64,000 nt of DNA, from contig CAWHDT010000004.1 in the NCBI GenBank assembly GCA_963828195.1, positions 32,001 to 96,000 on the forward strand. Direction: 5' to 3'. Each line of letters starts with the position of its first letter. The first letter of the stretch is position 1. The DNA is from Candidatus Bathyarchaeota archaeon. Lineage in GTDB: Archaea > Thermoproteota > Bathyarchaeia > Bathyarchaeales > Bathycorpusculaceae. Below the pieces are notes generated by a model. That model saw only the letters and a list, made by a program, of their open reading frames with translations, was not told the DNA's origin and did not search any database. Positions 1 through 11,500 of the stretch are shown here, piece by piece. A program made the translations under genes and the position numbers.

Positions 1-936
1 AATACGTATCCAATTGTGCCAGCGTCGTCTGTCACAGAGGCGCCAACCTATACTTATAGCGACGCTGCAGAAAGCTACGTTAATACCCTGAATTCGTGGT
101 TAAGCAATGGAACAATGGCAGTTACCAACAGTTTTGCTTACCCGAATGAATTTCAATTGTTTACGTCGGATTATGCCCTTTACTGGTACGACTATGAAGC
201 TGGGTACAACGCGGTTTTTGCCGAGTTTACCATGAATTATAGCCAGCAACTAAACATTGATCTTGTTAGAGGCGCAGCAACAGTTCAGAACAAGGATTGG
301 GGCGTCATGATAACTTGGAAATACACTACTCCGCCTTACATGGAAAATGGTACGGACCTCTACAACGACATGGTGCTTGCATACAATAACGGCGCAAAAT
401 ACATCGTTGTTTTCGACACCAACGAGAACTATACCCAAAATGTTCTTACGCAAACGGTTTCGCAAGGACAGGGAGGGCAACTCGACGCGATGGAACAGTT
501 TTGGCAATACGTCAAAGCGAACCCCAGATCACCCAGTCCGGTGAGCGAAAGAACAGCGTATGTTCTTCCTGCGGATTATGGCTACGGTTTTCGAGGGCCC
601 AATGATAAAATCTGGGGACTTTGGCAGGCAGATAATCTTTCCTTGGACCTTAGCATGAGCGTTTCTACACTTATGCAGATGGACGGTGATAAGCTGGACA
701 TAGTTTATCCGTCACCGACGCTTGAGTCTGCAGGGTACCACAGTGTTATCGAGTGGAATGACCCAACGCTTATACCTACACCATCACCCACCCCTCAAAA
801 AAATGGTTTCCCCCCGTTTTACACAACCACGATTTACTTCTATGCGGTTGTAGCAGGTCTAGTCGCCGCTGCGGTTGTGTTCACAGCGTTAAAGTTTAAA
901 AAAAGAGATGACCGCAAAAAGAAAATGATTTCCTAA
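1..936 (+). CDS. C-terminally membrane-anchored extracellular protein, 5'-truncated by the window edge
   Basis: Open frame from the window start; aromatic-rich globular domain, PTPSPTP linker, TM helix and KFKKR basic tail. Confidence 0.8.
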   Translation, partial: NTYPIVPASSVTEAPTYTYSDAAESYVNTLNSWLSNGTMAVTNSFAYPNEFQLFTSDYALYWYDYEAGYNAVFAEFTMNYSQQLNIDLVRGAATVQNKDWGVMITWKYTTPPYMENGTDLYNDMVLAYNNGAKYIVVFDTNENYTQNVLTQTVSQGQGGQLDAMEQFWQYVKANPRSPSPVSERTAYVLPADYGYGFRGPNDKIWGLWQADNLSLDLSMSVSTLMQMDGDKLDIVYPSPTLESAGYHSVIEWNDPTLIPTPSPTPQKNGFPPFYTTTIYFYAVVAGLVAAAVVFTALKFKKRDDRKKKMIS

Positions 937-1074
937 ATGAATTCCAAGCATTTCTACATTCCAATGCGCCGTTCTGCATGCAAAGTGCGCGGTCTCCATT
1001 CGTTGCAGGGCTATGTTGAATCATGTTTGGCGTTTAATAGGATCATAAAGCAGACCGAGGAGAGACTGTAGCGC

Positions 1075-1255
1075 ACACACAAACACCTCTACCTATAGAC
1101 CTACCTACTATTTGCACAAAAAAACGGCAACAAAAAGAAACCGGGCGGAAGAAGAAGAAGAAGAAAAACGATTTCACGGAGCTTCTTCTTCTTTTGAAAT
1201 ATTGCCAAGAAGAACAACAGTTGTTTTTCGGGTGTTGTTGTTCTTTTAAAAATTA
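1075..1255. repeat. Dispersed double-hairpin repeat, copy A
   Basis: AAGAAGAAG...CTTCTTCTT and AAGAACAACA...TGTTGTTCTT inverted repeats; homologous in reverse orientation to 46785-46995 and 20042-20087. Confidence 0.8.
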
Positions 1256-1376
1256 AAAATGGCGACAAAATCCGGCTATGTAAAGCAGACAAATCAGGTT
1301 TAAATGGACATTTATAACAAAATTTTATATTCAAACAAACCCATAAAAACCCCGCCCATCACTCAAGCTTGGGCAA

Positions 1377-2864
1377 GTGAGTGTACGCATGCAAAAAAAC
1401 AAAGTTACCAAGGCATTCTTCGGGTTAACCAGCGAGGCGGCTCCTCTGTTAAAGGTTATCGTTCCAGCTCTTTTGATTCTTTTGCTGTTTGCTTCGCAGA
1501 TTACGCCGCTGTATGCCCAGCTTAACTCCGCTAGAAATTTAAGTGGAACGTGGCAAAGCTCGTCCCCAGGCATGTATTATGAAATGGATCCAGCCGGCAC
1601 GGGCATACGCGAAACGGACGTAACCGCAACGTTCGAGATGGATATAACTCAAGAGGGCAACCAAATATCCATAACTTTGGATCTTAACCCTAGCAGTTGG
1701 GTCACAGACCCTGCATACACTCAGGAATATGGTATTCCAGCTGCTCCTGAAATTGCTGGTTCTATAGATTTCTCAGGAACCGTTTCAAGCTCAAGTTTCA
1801 CGGCAACTGAACAAGGCGCCTTAACTCAGGAGCAATTAACTGGTTCGTTCACCTCCGACATTATAACTGCAACGCTGACTGGGAATGGACAGGAAACAAA
1901 CCCCAACGGAATAGTTGTAACGCTAACAAGCTCATCCACACCAACAACAACTTCGGCTCCCACATCCACTCCGGCATCAACACAGCCGACGTTCAACCGC
2001 TTTTTAGGCGCCGTTTCACTGTTTAAAGGCTTGGCATGGTTTACAAATTCAGGCATGAATGTGCCGCTTTCTTCAGGCCAAATGGGCTCGGGAAACACAG
2101 TTTTAACAGGCAACAACTCGATCGTCGGATTCACTTATCCCATGGAGGACGGAACCGTTTATTTAGACGGAAACACCGCTGCCGGATGGGTAGCTCTCAC
2201 ATCTGAACCGGGACCAGAGAACCAAGTCATCTACACAGTTTACCCGTCCAATACTGCTCTGCCCAATAGCTGGGGGACTGAAGGCTGGGAAACAGTTGGT
2301 TCGATGGCGTTGGAAGCTGCTATTGGAGCAGCGGTTTTCGGAGAAGCAGTTGGAACCGCCGCGGCAGTATCGATCATTGTTGAGGGCGGGGTTTTTCTGA
2401 TTCATTCGGGAACAGCATACATAAACGAGCACAGTCCACACCTGATCCAAGTGCCTCAAGGAATAGTTGCAGGCGAAAACACGCAGTACGTTGTCAACGT
2501 CAATGCTGGGGTAACGACTGTTCAAGTTATTGATGGTCCAGTTTACTTCATTGATCCAAGTACAAACAACACAATAACGGTGGAAACAAATCAGATGCTT
2601 ACTCTTCCCGCTGCGGGGCAAAGCGGCTTTAGCGAACAAGAACTACAGTCTGACGTGTCTTCCTTTAGCTCTGCTTCAATAAATCAGTGGTGGACGCAAA
2701 CTACGCCCAATGGTTTAAACGGCTTTTCAAACTTTCTGTCAAGCGATATAATCATAATTGCGGTCGTTATTGCGGCAATAATAATCGCGGTGGCAGCAGT
2801 TGGAGCTGCAAAACGCAAAGGAAACCAGCGGCAACAGCCAAGTTCCCCTCAACAAAAAATCTAA
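1377..2864 (+). CDS. Secreted, membrane-anchored protein with a possible FecR-like beta domain
   Basis: N-terminal hydrophobic helix, S/T/P linker, 'TQYVVNVNAGVTTVQVIDGPVYF' FecR-like segment, C-terminal TM plus KRK; start may be ATG 1389. Confidence 0.7.
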   Translation: MSVRMQKNKVTKAFFGLTSEAAPLLKVIVPALLILLLFASQITPLYAQLNSARNLSGTWQSSSPGMYYEMDPAGTGIRETDVTATFEMDITQEGNQISITLDLNPSSWVTDPAYTQEYGIPAAPEIAGSIDFSGTVSSSSFTATEQGALTQEQLTGSFTSDIITATLTGNGQETNPNGIVVTLTSSSTPTTTSAPTSTPASTQPTFNRFLGAVSLFKGLAWFTNSGMNVPLSSGQMGSGNTVLTGNNSIVGFTYPMEDGTVYLDGNTAAGWVALTSEPGPENQVIYTVYPSNTALPNSWGTEGWETVGSMALEAAIGAAVFGEAVGTAAAVSIIVEGGVFLIHSGTAYINEHSPHLIQVPQGIVAGENTQYVVNVNAGVTTVQVIDGPVYFIDPSTNNTITVETNQMLTLPAAGQSGFSEQELQSDVSSFSSASINQWWTQTTPNGLNGFSNFLSSDIIIIAVVIAAIIIAVAAVGAAKRKGNQRQQPSSPQQKI

Positions 2865-2979
2865 CTTTTAGAATAACGAAAGGTTCACATTGAACAAAGA
2901 AGAAAAAAATGGACATATTTAGTTAAGCGCCCCTCACGTCAGAGGGAAGGTAAATAAACGCATTTCATCAGAGTTAAGT

Positions 2980-3702
2980 TTGAATAACTGTAAGCGTGAA
3001 GGTATGAGCAGAAAAACGATTTATTTTCAGCACAGCGCCCTTTTCTTCGCCGTGCTTCTTGCTTTATTACTTGCTGTCGTTGGTCTGGTTTTTTTTGGAG
3101 CCATAAGCATCGCCTTCAAAAATATAGGTTTTACACCTTTAATCATCTTCCTGATTTTAATCGGCACATTGATCGGTAGCTTCATCAACATTCCTTTGAT
3201 TAAACTGAAAACAACCGTGCCCATGATCCGAGAGGAAACTGTCAACTGGTTTGGCATAACCTACCGCATCCCCCAAGTCGAGTACGGAGAAACCGTCACG
3301 TTACTTGCAGTTAACGTTGGAGGCGCATTGATACCGACAGGCGTCTGCATTTACCTGCTCATCAAATCAGTGCCTTCAATGATTTTCCTCAGTTTAATCG
3401 GCGTATTAGCCGTTGCGTTAGTGACTCATTTAGTGGCACGACCCGTAAAGGGTGTGGGGATAACTACGCCAATATTTATTCCGCCGATAGCCGCGGCAGT
3501 ATCCGCCCTAATTCTTTCACCTGCGCACCCAATAACAATCGCGTACGTGTCAGGGGTCCTTGGTGCACTCATAGGAGCTGACCTCTCAAACCTTAGAAAG
3601 ATCCCAAAGCTCGGCGCACCAATGGCCAGCATCGGAGGAGCAGGCACCTTCGACGGAGTGTTCTTAACCGGTATAATCGCTGTGCTTCTTGCCGGATTGT
3701 AA
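2980..3702 (+). CDS. DUF1614 family membrane protein
   Basis: Motifs GSFINIP, AVNVGGALIP, GADL and SIGGAGTFDGVFLTG; likely start ATG 3004. Confidence 0.9.
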   Translation: MNNCKREGMSRKTIYFQHSALFFAVLLALLLAVVGLVFFGAISIAFKNIGFTPLIIFLILIGTLIGSFINIPLIKLKTTVPMIREETVNWFGITYRIPQVEYGETVTLLAVNVGGALIPTGVCIYLLIKSVPSMIFLSLIGVLAVALVTHLVARPVKGVGITTPIFIPPIAAAVSALILSPAHPITIAYVSGVLGALIGADLSNLRKIPKLGAPMASIGGAGTFDGVFLTGIIAVLLAGL

Positions 3703-4074
3703 AATAAAGCGGTTTTGCAAACGCCTGAAACTTAGCACCGATAATTAGGAAGCATCCTGTATTCCATTGAAATCAATTTATGCCGTTTATACTTATTTGG
3801 ACGCTGAAACCTGTGACGCCTACTTCATTTGGAGATACTGTTAGGGTCAGGATTGCGGATGCGATGTTCCAGCTGCAACGTGGCCTCATTATTTTGGCTG
3901 CGCAATGTAATTATTGAACAACACAAATGCACTTCGAAACCAAAAAGCCACATTATTTGCTTAGCCGTAAGTAACAGCGAATCTCCAGAATAAAATTTGC
4001 AGAAAAAGCTTGAAAGTGTGCCCAATAAACCAAGCGATTTAAATTTATGCCTGCAAGAGATATGAAGGGCCGGA

Positions 4075-6188
4075 TTAAAGTTTTAGGTTTTTTAGCCAAT
4101 TGAATAAGTTGGTTTTTTGGGGCATTTGATTTTTCAATGCGAAAGCGGGGTTGTCATCTTTGTTTATGAGCATTTTCTTGATTAAGCCGGTTTTTTCTGC
4201 CTCAACTAGTTTTTGTGTGATCCAACTATCGGATGGGAATGTTTGAGATAGCTTTTGGAGTTCAAGAGTTATCCCTTGGACAGTTGGGTTATGGTTGTTC
4301 TGGGCGTTAGTTACAGCTTTCATTAGAAGCTGGGTTTCCGCAGGAAGCTTTCGGTAGAGGTTTAAAAGGGCAAGTTTTTCTTTTCTATCCAGAAAAACAG
4401 CATAAAGAGTGAGTAAAACAAGAAATACGGTGGCACCTGCTGAAAGCGTAAGGCCATTTTGGCTTATGCCCAATGCGACAGCGGTCCAGGCTCTTATTGG
4501 TTGCCAGTAGTTGTTGATGGCGCTTGCAAATGGAAGTTCTTGATTTTCAGTGTCTGATACGTTTTGCGGTGAGGATGGGTACATGATTAAGCTTATCATT
4601 ACACTTTTTGTTTGAGTCGTGCTGTTCGTGTCGAAAGTGGCTGTTTCATACCAGTAAAGAACCACCTGGGTTTGACCTGTATCTTTGTATTGAAATGCAA
4701 AGTAGCGTGCCGTAATTGGTGGGTTATCTTGGATCAAAATGTCTCTGAGATCAAGTTGAGTCACCGTTAATGGATTACCCGCACTAAGTGGATAATTGAT
4801 TAGGCAGGTTTCCCACCGGTGCTCAGAAACTACGCTGGGCGCGATCTGTATGGCCACCCACAATGATGGGGCTGTCTCGTTAGATGCACTGTAGGAGTAG
4901 ACAAGTGCTGCGTCGTCGCCCGACTGCTGTTCAAACTGTGTATCGCGATAATCGTAACTTAAATTATAGCAGCCACATTTGGAAGCATAGAGCTTGACGT
5001 ATTTATCTGGACACCTGAAGGTGTTTGGACCATAACTTGAGCTGGACCTTGCGTTAAAGCGAGCACAGGCGCTTGAATAGATAAAAGCATAACTACAATT
5101 ACGGCTATTCCCACGATTTTGGCGATGTCGGGTCGATTGAGACTTACTTTTGTATGTTTGAGAAGTTTTCCGCAGCTGGGGCAAAACGGTTTGGTTGAAC
5201 TTGTTTGGCGCGGTCTGCACTCTGGGCATATTGGAGGCGATCGAGGCTTTTTGAAGACTTTGTCAGTTATTGCCAGCAACAAAAGTGTTCCAATGAACAT
5301 AAGGACAGTGGCACCTACGTCGTGGAAAAGTTGTAATGCCAAGTCTTCCCCGAAGTTGTAGCCTATTGCCAAAATAGCAGTTATGCGGATTATGTTGAGC
5401 GCAACAATTAATGGTATACCTAAGGCGAGGATGGCGAATTTGTTACGTAGGTTACCGCGCATAATGTACGCTATGAACAAGGCAAAGATAACAAAGCCTA
5501 TCAAACTATAGATACCAGAGCAAGCCACATCCACATTAAATGGCAATGTTGTGTGGTTGGGTCTTAGAAGCGTTATTACGGGACCAGCGTTACTTGCGGA
5601 GAGCGTTGCATGTAATCCGAAAGTATTCGCAAGAGTATTTGATGCTGATGCACAAAAATTTGCGAGGTACGAACCGAAACCGTAGAGGATTTCGTCAGGC
5701 GGCGGAGTAAGAAATATGAGGAAAGCTATGGGAAAAAATAATTGTTTTAGCGTTTGGAGGTTAAATAGTAAAATGGTTAGTCCCGCCACCAGGAAAGGTA
5801 GAGTAAGCATGTGGTATGTTAACGGTGTGAAGGTGTAGCTTCCATACCAGTACGTCAGGATAGCGACGGCGCATAACGATATCCCAGCTGTTGCGGGGAA
5901 GATTTTTTGGAATCCGCTATTGTCTGTTTGGGGGGGCTGAAGGGCAGCATTAATCATTTTTCGTTTTCTATATAATAAATAAGCGAAGAGTAAGGGAATA
6001 ACGAGTATCTGGTAAGTTGATTGGTCGGTTAAAGCACCTGTAAATACCATGCCTAAGTCTTGAAAGTAAAGCGTAATCACAGCCAGAGTAATGACTGAAG
6101 CTTTCAATGCAATAACCAATCTATGCTGGCTTAGCACTAAAGATACCTTTGAAGTCGTGAAAAAATTGATTTCGTGCATAAGCGGCAC
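4075..6188 (-). pseudogene. Exosortase/archaeosortase fused to Zn-ribbon, EpsI-like and C-terminal domains, split by a 1-nt frameshift near 4970
   Basis: ORF 4959-6188 has sortase catalytic motifs (VACSG, NIIRI, FHD) and CPEC..CPSC; ORF 4075-5229 continues with YNLSYDYRD...HRWETCL...VLYWY; junction reads GCT GC TAT, one base short of AGY. Confidence 0.8.
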
Positions 6189-6475
6189 TGACAGTGCTTG
6201 ATGATTTTATGAGTCCTACGATTTATGTTTAATGTATTTTCAGCCTATATTTTCTATTCCTCTTATTTGCGAATGTAGCAATAAAGGGTAAAGGTTCGAA
6301 GCCCTTCGATTTGAAAATTATTTTTCTTCAATCGACGAAAAAAGCTGAAAGCGCTAAGCAATCTTATTCTTAAATATTTGGATTAACGCCTACAATTTAG
6401 TTCGCAGCCGGTTTTTTCCGTATTCTGAAAATATCAAAAGCCGCAAAGCAGACGAATAAGGCAAGTAACTTGCCT

Positions 6476-6660
6476 AACCAAGGCTATATTCAGAAGCAAC
6501 AAAAAGTGGCAACGTGTGTGAAGGAGAGGGCGTTTGGGAAGGAAATGGCGAAGGTGAGGATTTGGAGTTGTTAGTAATGCACGGCAATAAAACTGATTGC
6601 TGCAATAAGCAGGATCAAAAGTACAAGTCGTTTATAGAATTTGTGGGATAAACGAAAACC
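6476..6660 (-). pseudogene. Remnant of a surface-protein gene (signal anchor plus Pro/Ser linker)
   Basis: KRLVLLILLIAAISFIAV then, after a frameshift, ITNNSKSSPSPFPSQTPSPSHT and a stop. Confidence 0.4.
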
Positions 6661-7342
6661 TCTTGGGGCTGGTTGCGAAGTCAAATACTCTTTATTCTTC
6701 CTGCTTTTACTATAATCATGGATGCATCTATTGAATATAACCATCATGCAATTGGTGGCGGACATATGCGCTCGTTTGACGTACGCACCTGAATCCATCG
6801 TGAAAAGTTAAAATCAAAATGCCTAGCTTCTTACGTTCAAATAAGCTTACCGCCACAAATTAGGAGCACGCTTGCATTTTTAATTTACGACTTGGTTTCT
6901 GTTGTGGCTACAGACTATCAATCAGAGGTCGCAAATTACTGATAAACCCAAGGTTGCAACATACAAAAGACAAACGATCCTTCAGCAGTTAACCTACAAA
7001 TGAAGGATCAAAAATCCGTCGCACTTTCATCATTTCTTCAAATAAAATAAAAAAGAAACCCTCATATTTTTACTGCCCAAAAAACCGTCCGAAAACAACC
7101 AAGTAAAAAAGGATCAGAAACTTTTAACAAATATCCCGCAAAAGAAAACCCCCTTATTTTTGCAAGATAAAGGCAGGTGTTCGGTAACCGCTGTTACAAT
7201 GACGCGTATTCAAGTTTAGGTGAACGCCAGCCGTCAACCAAACAGTTGACTGAATAGCTAGCGAACACGATTTGCACTAAGGTTACTTTTAGGTTGCTTT
7301 TGTTCTGCTTCAAGACTCCAGTTATTTTTCTTGGATAAAAGC

Positions 7343-7549
7343 TCAAAGAAAACCCATAACGCGCATTACGACTGTGGCAAAAAAAGTCAATCCGCAGCCG
7401 ATAGCTGCCATACGCAAAAATTGCTTATCAACGGCTAACCTTGCAGAGTAGTCGGGCGACGAATATAACAGTTCAGAAGTTGTGAGGAGTATTATAGCGG
7501 TTACTGCCAACCACAAACTAATATCAGACAAGCTTAGCGGAAAAACCAT
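7343..7549 (-). CDS. Small two-TM membrane protein
   Basis: 68 aa with two hydrophobic helices, GGAG SD upstream, directly follows 7562-8365. Confidence 0.75.
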   Translation of the reverse strand: MVFPLSLSDISLWLAVTAIILLTTSELLYSSPDYSARLAVDKQFLRMAAIGCGLTFFATVVMRVMGFL

Positions 7550-7561
7550 TGTATCTCTCCA

Positions 7562-8365
7562 TTAAATAAAATGGAACACTAATTGAACACCACAGTTATT
7601 GGGTGATAGAATCTGCTCGTTAATCGTAACTGTTTTAGCTGAACTCTTGGCAAGTACACTTGCAACACCACTTACAACCGGACAGCCTAAGATCTGAACG
7701 CTCTTCAAAGGGGGATTTGCCCGGTACAAACTCGGATATAAAATGCCAGTTGCCTTGAAACTGACGCCGTCCTTCACGGCGGACATTTCTACCGTTTTAG
7801 CTAGATTAAATGTTTCCGTTAAGCACCTTGGCAAAATTTCCGTTAATTCATAGATAGGAATCTTACTGAAATCTAATTGTAAACGTTTTTCAATTTGAGC
7901 CATAAGGTCTGAGCCGGGAGAAGTAAAAAATGCGCCATGAGTTTTCTCGGATAGAAATCTGCCTGAGGTTAATTCGTCAATTGATGGCTTTCCATCGAAG
8001 CTTTCAGAAACAAAAACGACTGATTCTTTTAGGTTTTTGAGATATTCAGGAAGATTAACATCTTTTGGGTAAGCGGGAATATAGTATCCCTTTGCATTAA
8101 ATTTTAAATCATTAATCATCCGTTCAATTGTGGAATAAGCGGATTTTGCAGTAGCATCTAGAAGGCTGATTTCAACGTACTTTCCATTTCTTGCAAGAGA
8201 AAAAATAACACCCCAAAAAGTCAACCCAAGCCCGATGAAAGCAGCAATCTCCAACCCGAAAAGCATGGAGTAAGCCAAAAGAAGAATCCCGATGACCAAA
8301 AATAACGCTGCAAACGTTGAGGAGCTACGGTTCTTTTTTCGCATAGAGTTCAAACTTGCAAACAC
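7562..8365 (-). CDS. Conserved archaeal membrane protein of glycosylation loci
   Basis: Two N-terminal TM helices with GLGLTFWG and a soluble C-terminal domain (GCPVVS). Confidence 0.75.
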   Translation of the reverse strand: MFASLNSMRKKNRSSSTFAALFLVIGILLLAYSMLFGLEIAAFIGLGLTFWGVIFSLARNGKYVEISLLDATAKSAYSTIERMINDLKFNAKGYYIPAYPKDVNLPEYLKNLKESVVFVSESFDGKPSIDELTSGRFLSEKTHGAFFTSPGSDLMAQIEKRLQLDFSKIPIYELTEILPRCLTETFNLAKTVEMSAVKDGVSFKATGILYPSLYRANPPLKSVQILGCPVVSGVASVLAKSSAKTVTINEQILSPNNCGVQLVFHFI

Positions 8366-8519
8366 CTTTCCAACATTAATTTTAAAACAAGCTCATGGTT
8401 TTTGTAGAATTATATTGAATGTTATGTTTAAGGTTTATGATAAAACTCAATTATTTTCTAGAAAAATTTTCTCTGCACTATTCGCATAAGAAGTTTACAG
8501 CGCGCATTATCTTAGCACT

Positions 8520-11500
8520 TTAACTGTTCCTTCTGTTCGGGGACCTTTTTAGGAACCATACTAAGCTCACAAGAATCACGGTCACAGTTATAGTGGCAAT
8601 TATCAGACCCAAATAAACTTCACTGAATAAAGTTGCTTTATTTGCAGCATTTGCTAACGGACCTGCAGAAGAAGTGGATGAAATAGTCGGCGATGGCGTA
8701 TGCGTAGGTGCAGGTGTTGAGGTTGGATTGGGAGTTCCCTTAGGAACGGCAGTTGGACCCGGAGTTGGATTTTTTGGAGAGTCTGGAGCTGAAGTGGGTA
8801 AAGCTGATGGAGAGGGAGTTGATGCCGGAGTTGAAGTAGGTGTAAGTGTAAATGTTCCAGTGATGCTTTGAGGTCCCTGCACATAACTGAAAACGTAAGA
8901 TGACGCAACTGCTACTGATGAACCGTCAACGGTCAAGGATGCAATGGAGTAACCAGTGCTCGGTGTAATGGTGAAAACTTGGGAGCCACCATAAACAACG
9001 GATGTTGTGTCTGGGGATATCACTCCGTTAGCACCTTGAGTGACGGTAATAGTATATTGATTAATCGCGAAAGCCGCAGTCAAAGAGCCGTCAGCTGAAA
9101 CCGAACTAAACTGGTAAGACTGACCTGAAGACGAAGTAACAGGCACAGAAACGCCATTAGCAGTTATGGTCGCTACGTGATAACCTGTGTTTGGTGTAAT
9201 TGTGAAGCTTGGTGTAGCACCATAGTTAACAGGGCTTGTTCCAGGAGCGATTAATCCGTTGGCAGTCTGAGTAACAGCAATCGTGATTTGGGTCACAATA
9301 ACCGTTGCAGAGGGAGACTGAACTGAAGTTGTGCCTAAGCTGTCAGTAACAGTCACAGTAATCGAGTAAGTGCCCGCAGACGTTGGAGCAAAATTAAATG
9401 TCGAGGAAACATGGCCACTTTGAAGCACGGAATCAACATACCAGCTATAACTCGCGTAAGATCCCGATCCTCCAATAGCAGTAGCTGTAAAAGTCTCACC
9501 CTGGCCGACAACCATTGTCCACGAAGAAGGCGACACAGAAACAGTCGGAACAACATTCACTGAAACTAGCGCAGCATTTGACGGCACTGAAGTTGCGTTT
9601 AAACTGTCAGTCACCGTAACGGTAATCAAGTATGAACCTGAAGCAGCAGGAGAATAATTAAATGTCGATGCAGTCTGGCCGCTTTGAGCAGACCCATTCA
9701 CAAACCACTGATAAGACAAGTAAGAACCCGAACCACCAGAGGCAGAAGCAGTGAACACCTGGAATTGACCAACATTTAAAGTCGCCGAATCAGGCGTCAC
9801 ACTCGCCGTCGGAGCAGCATTCACAGTAACAGAAACCACCGTGGAATTAACCGCGGTTTTGGAACTAGCACTATCCGTAACTTGGAGCTCAAAACTCCAC
9901 GAACCCACAGTTGTTGAGCTTATTGTTGCAAAAGAATAGCTGCTGGAAGCTGCACTGTTAATCGTCGAGTAAGAAGTCGAGTTTGGAGCTTTCTGCAGCC
10001 ATTGGTATGTGTATGGACTTGTGCCAGAGGTAACAGCTGTAGAACCCAAAACTGTAGTTTGACCCTGATCAACCTCGGCTTTAGAAGCAGAAGCAGTCGG
10101 AGATACTAGCGCGGAGTCCACTGTTGCCGAAACGGCGTTAGAAGCAGAAGAAGTAACCGGAATAGAAGCGCTATCGGTTACTTGGCAGGTAATTGAATGT
10201 GAAGTTCCTGAAGCAGTATAAGAATAACTTGTACTGTTAGAGCCAACCATAGTGCCATCCAAGTACCACTGGTAATTAATGCCGCCTGAACCGCCAATAA
10301 CCGCAGCAGTAAAGATTTGAACCTGACCAATATCCATCGCAAGTGGACCAGGAGGAGTGATACTTACTGACGGCGAAGTAGCCACCGAAACGGGTGCGGT
10401 GGAAGATTGAGAAGTTGCACCTGAACTGTCAGTAACAGTCGCACCGATCAAGTAAGTACCCCCGGAGGCAGGAGCAAAACTAAACGTAGATCCGACCTGA
10501 CTAGACTGAGCTGACCCGTTCACATACCATTGATATCCTGTGTAAGACCCCGACCCGCCGCTAGGAGCAGCAGTAAACGTCTCAGACTGACCAACATCCA
10601 TAACCCAAGAAGAAGGCGACACACTCACAGTCAGAGCAACATTAACCACAACAGAAGCCGCCACCGAGGTAACAGTAACTGGAGTACCTGCGCTGTCAGT
10701 CACTTGAAGCTCAAAACTCCAAGACCCTGTAACCGTATAACCGGAAGTAACAAAATTATAACTATTGGAAACCGCGCCTGAAATAGGTGAGAAACTACTG
10801 CCAGGAGCCTCCTCAAACCACTGATACGAATACGGAGAAGATCCCGTTGAAACAGCAGTAGAAGTCAAACTGCAAGTCCGACCCTGATCTACCGTGCCGG
10901 AGTTAGGCGTCACAGTGGGAGCAACCAACGAAGAATTCACCTTAACTGACACGGCGTTAGAAGCAGGAGAAGTAGCTGGAGTAGAAGCGCTATCGGTCAC
11001 CTTACAGGTAACTGAGTGCGTGCCCGCTGAAGCTGTATAGGAATAACGTGCATTGTTAGAGCCAACTACGTTACCATCCACGTACCACTGATAAGAAAGA
11101 GTGCCAGAACCTCCATTAGCCGTGGCAGTAAACGCTTGAATCTGACCAACATCCATTGTAATTGAACTGGAAGGAGTGATGCTTACAGTCGGCGAAGCAG
11201 CAACAGTGACCGATGCGGCGATAGATTGAGCCGAAGTTGCACCTGCACTGTCATTGACAGTCGCAGTAATCAAATAAGTACCCGGGGAAACAGGAGCAAA
11301 ACTAAACGTGGAGGCAGTCGCGCCAGACTGAGCCGTCCCATTCACATACCACTGATAACCCGTATTGGTGCCTGTGCCTCCAGAAACGGTGGTTGTAAAC
11401 GTCGTAGACTGACCAACATCCATAACCCAAGAAGAAGGCGACACATTTACTGAAAGAGAAGCGCTTACTGTAACGGTTGCAGCAGGTGACTGAGGCGAAG

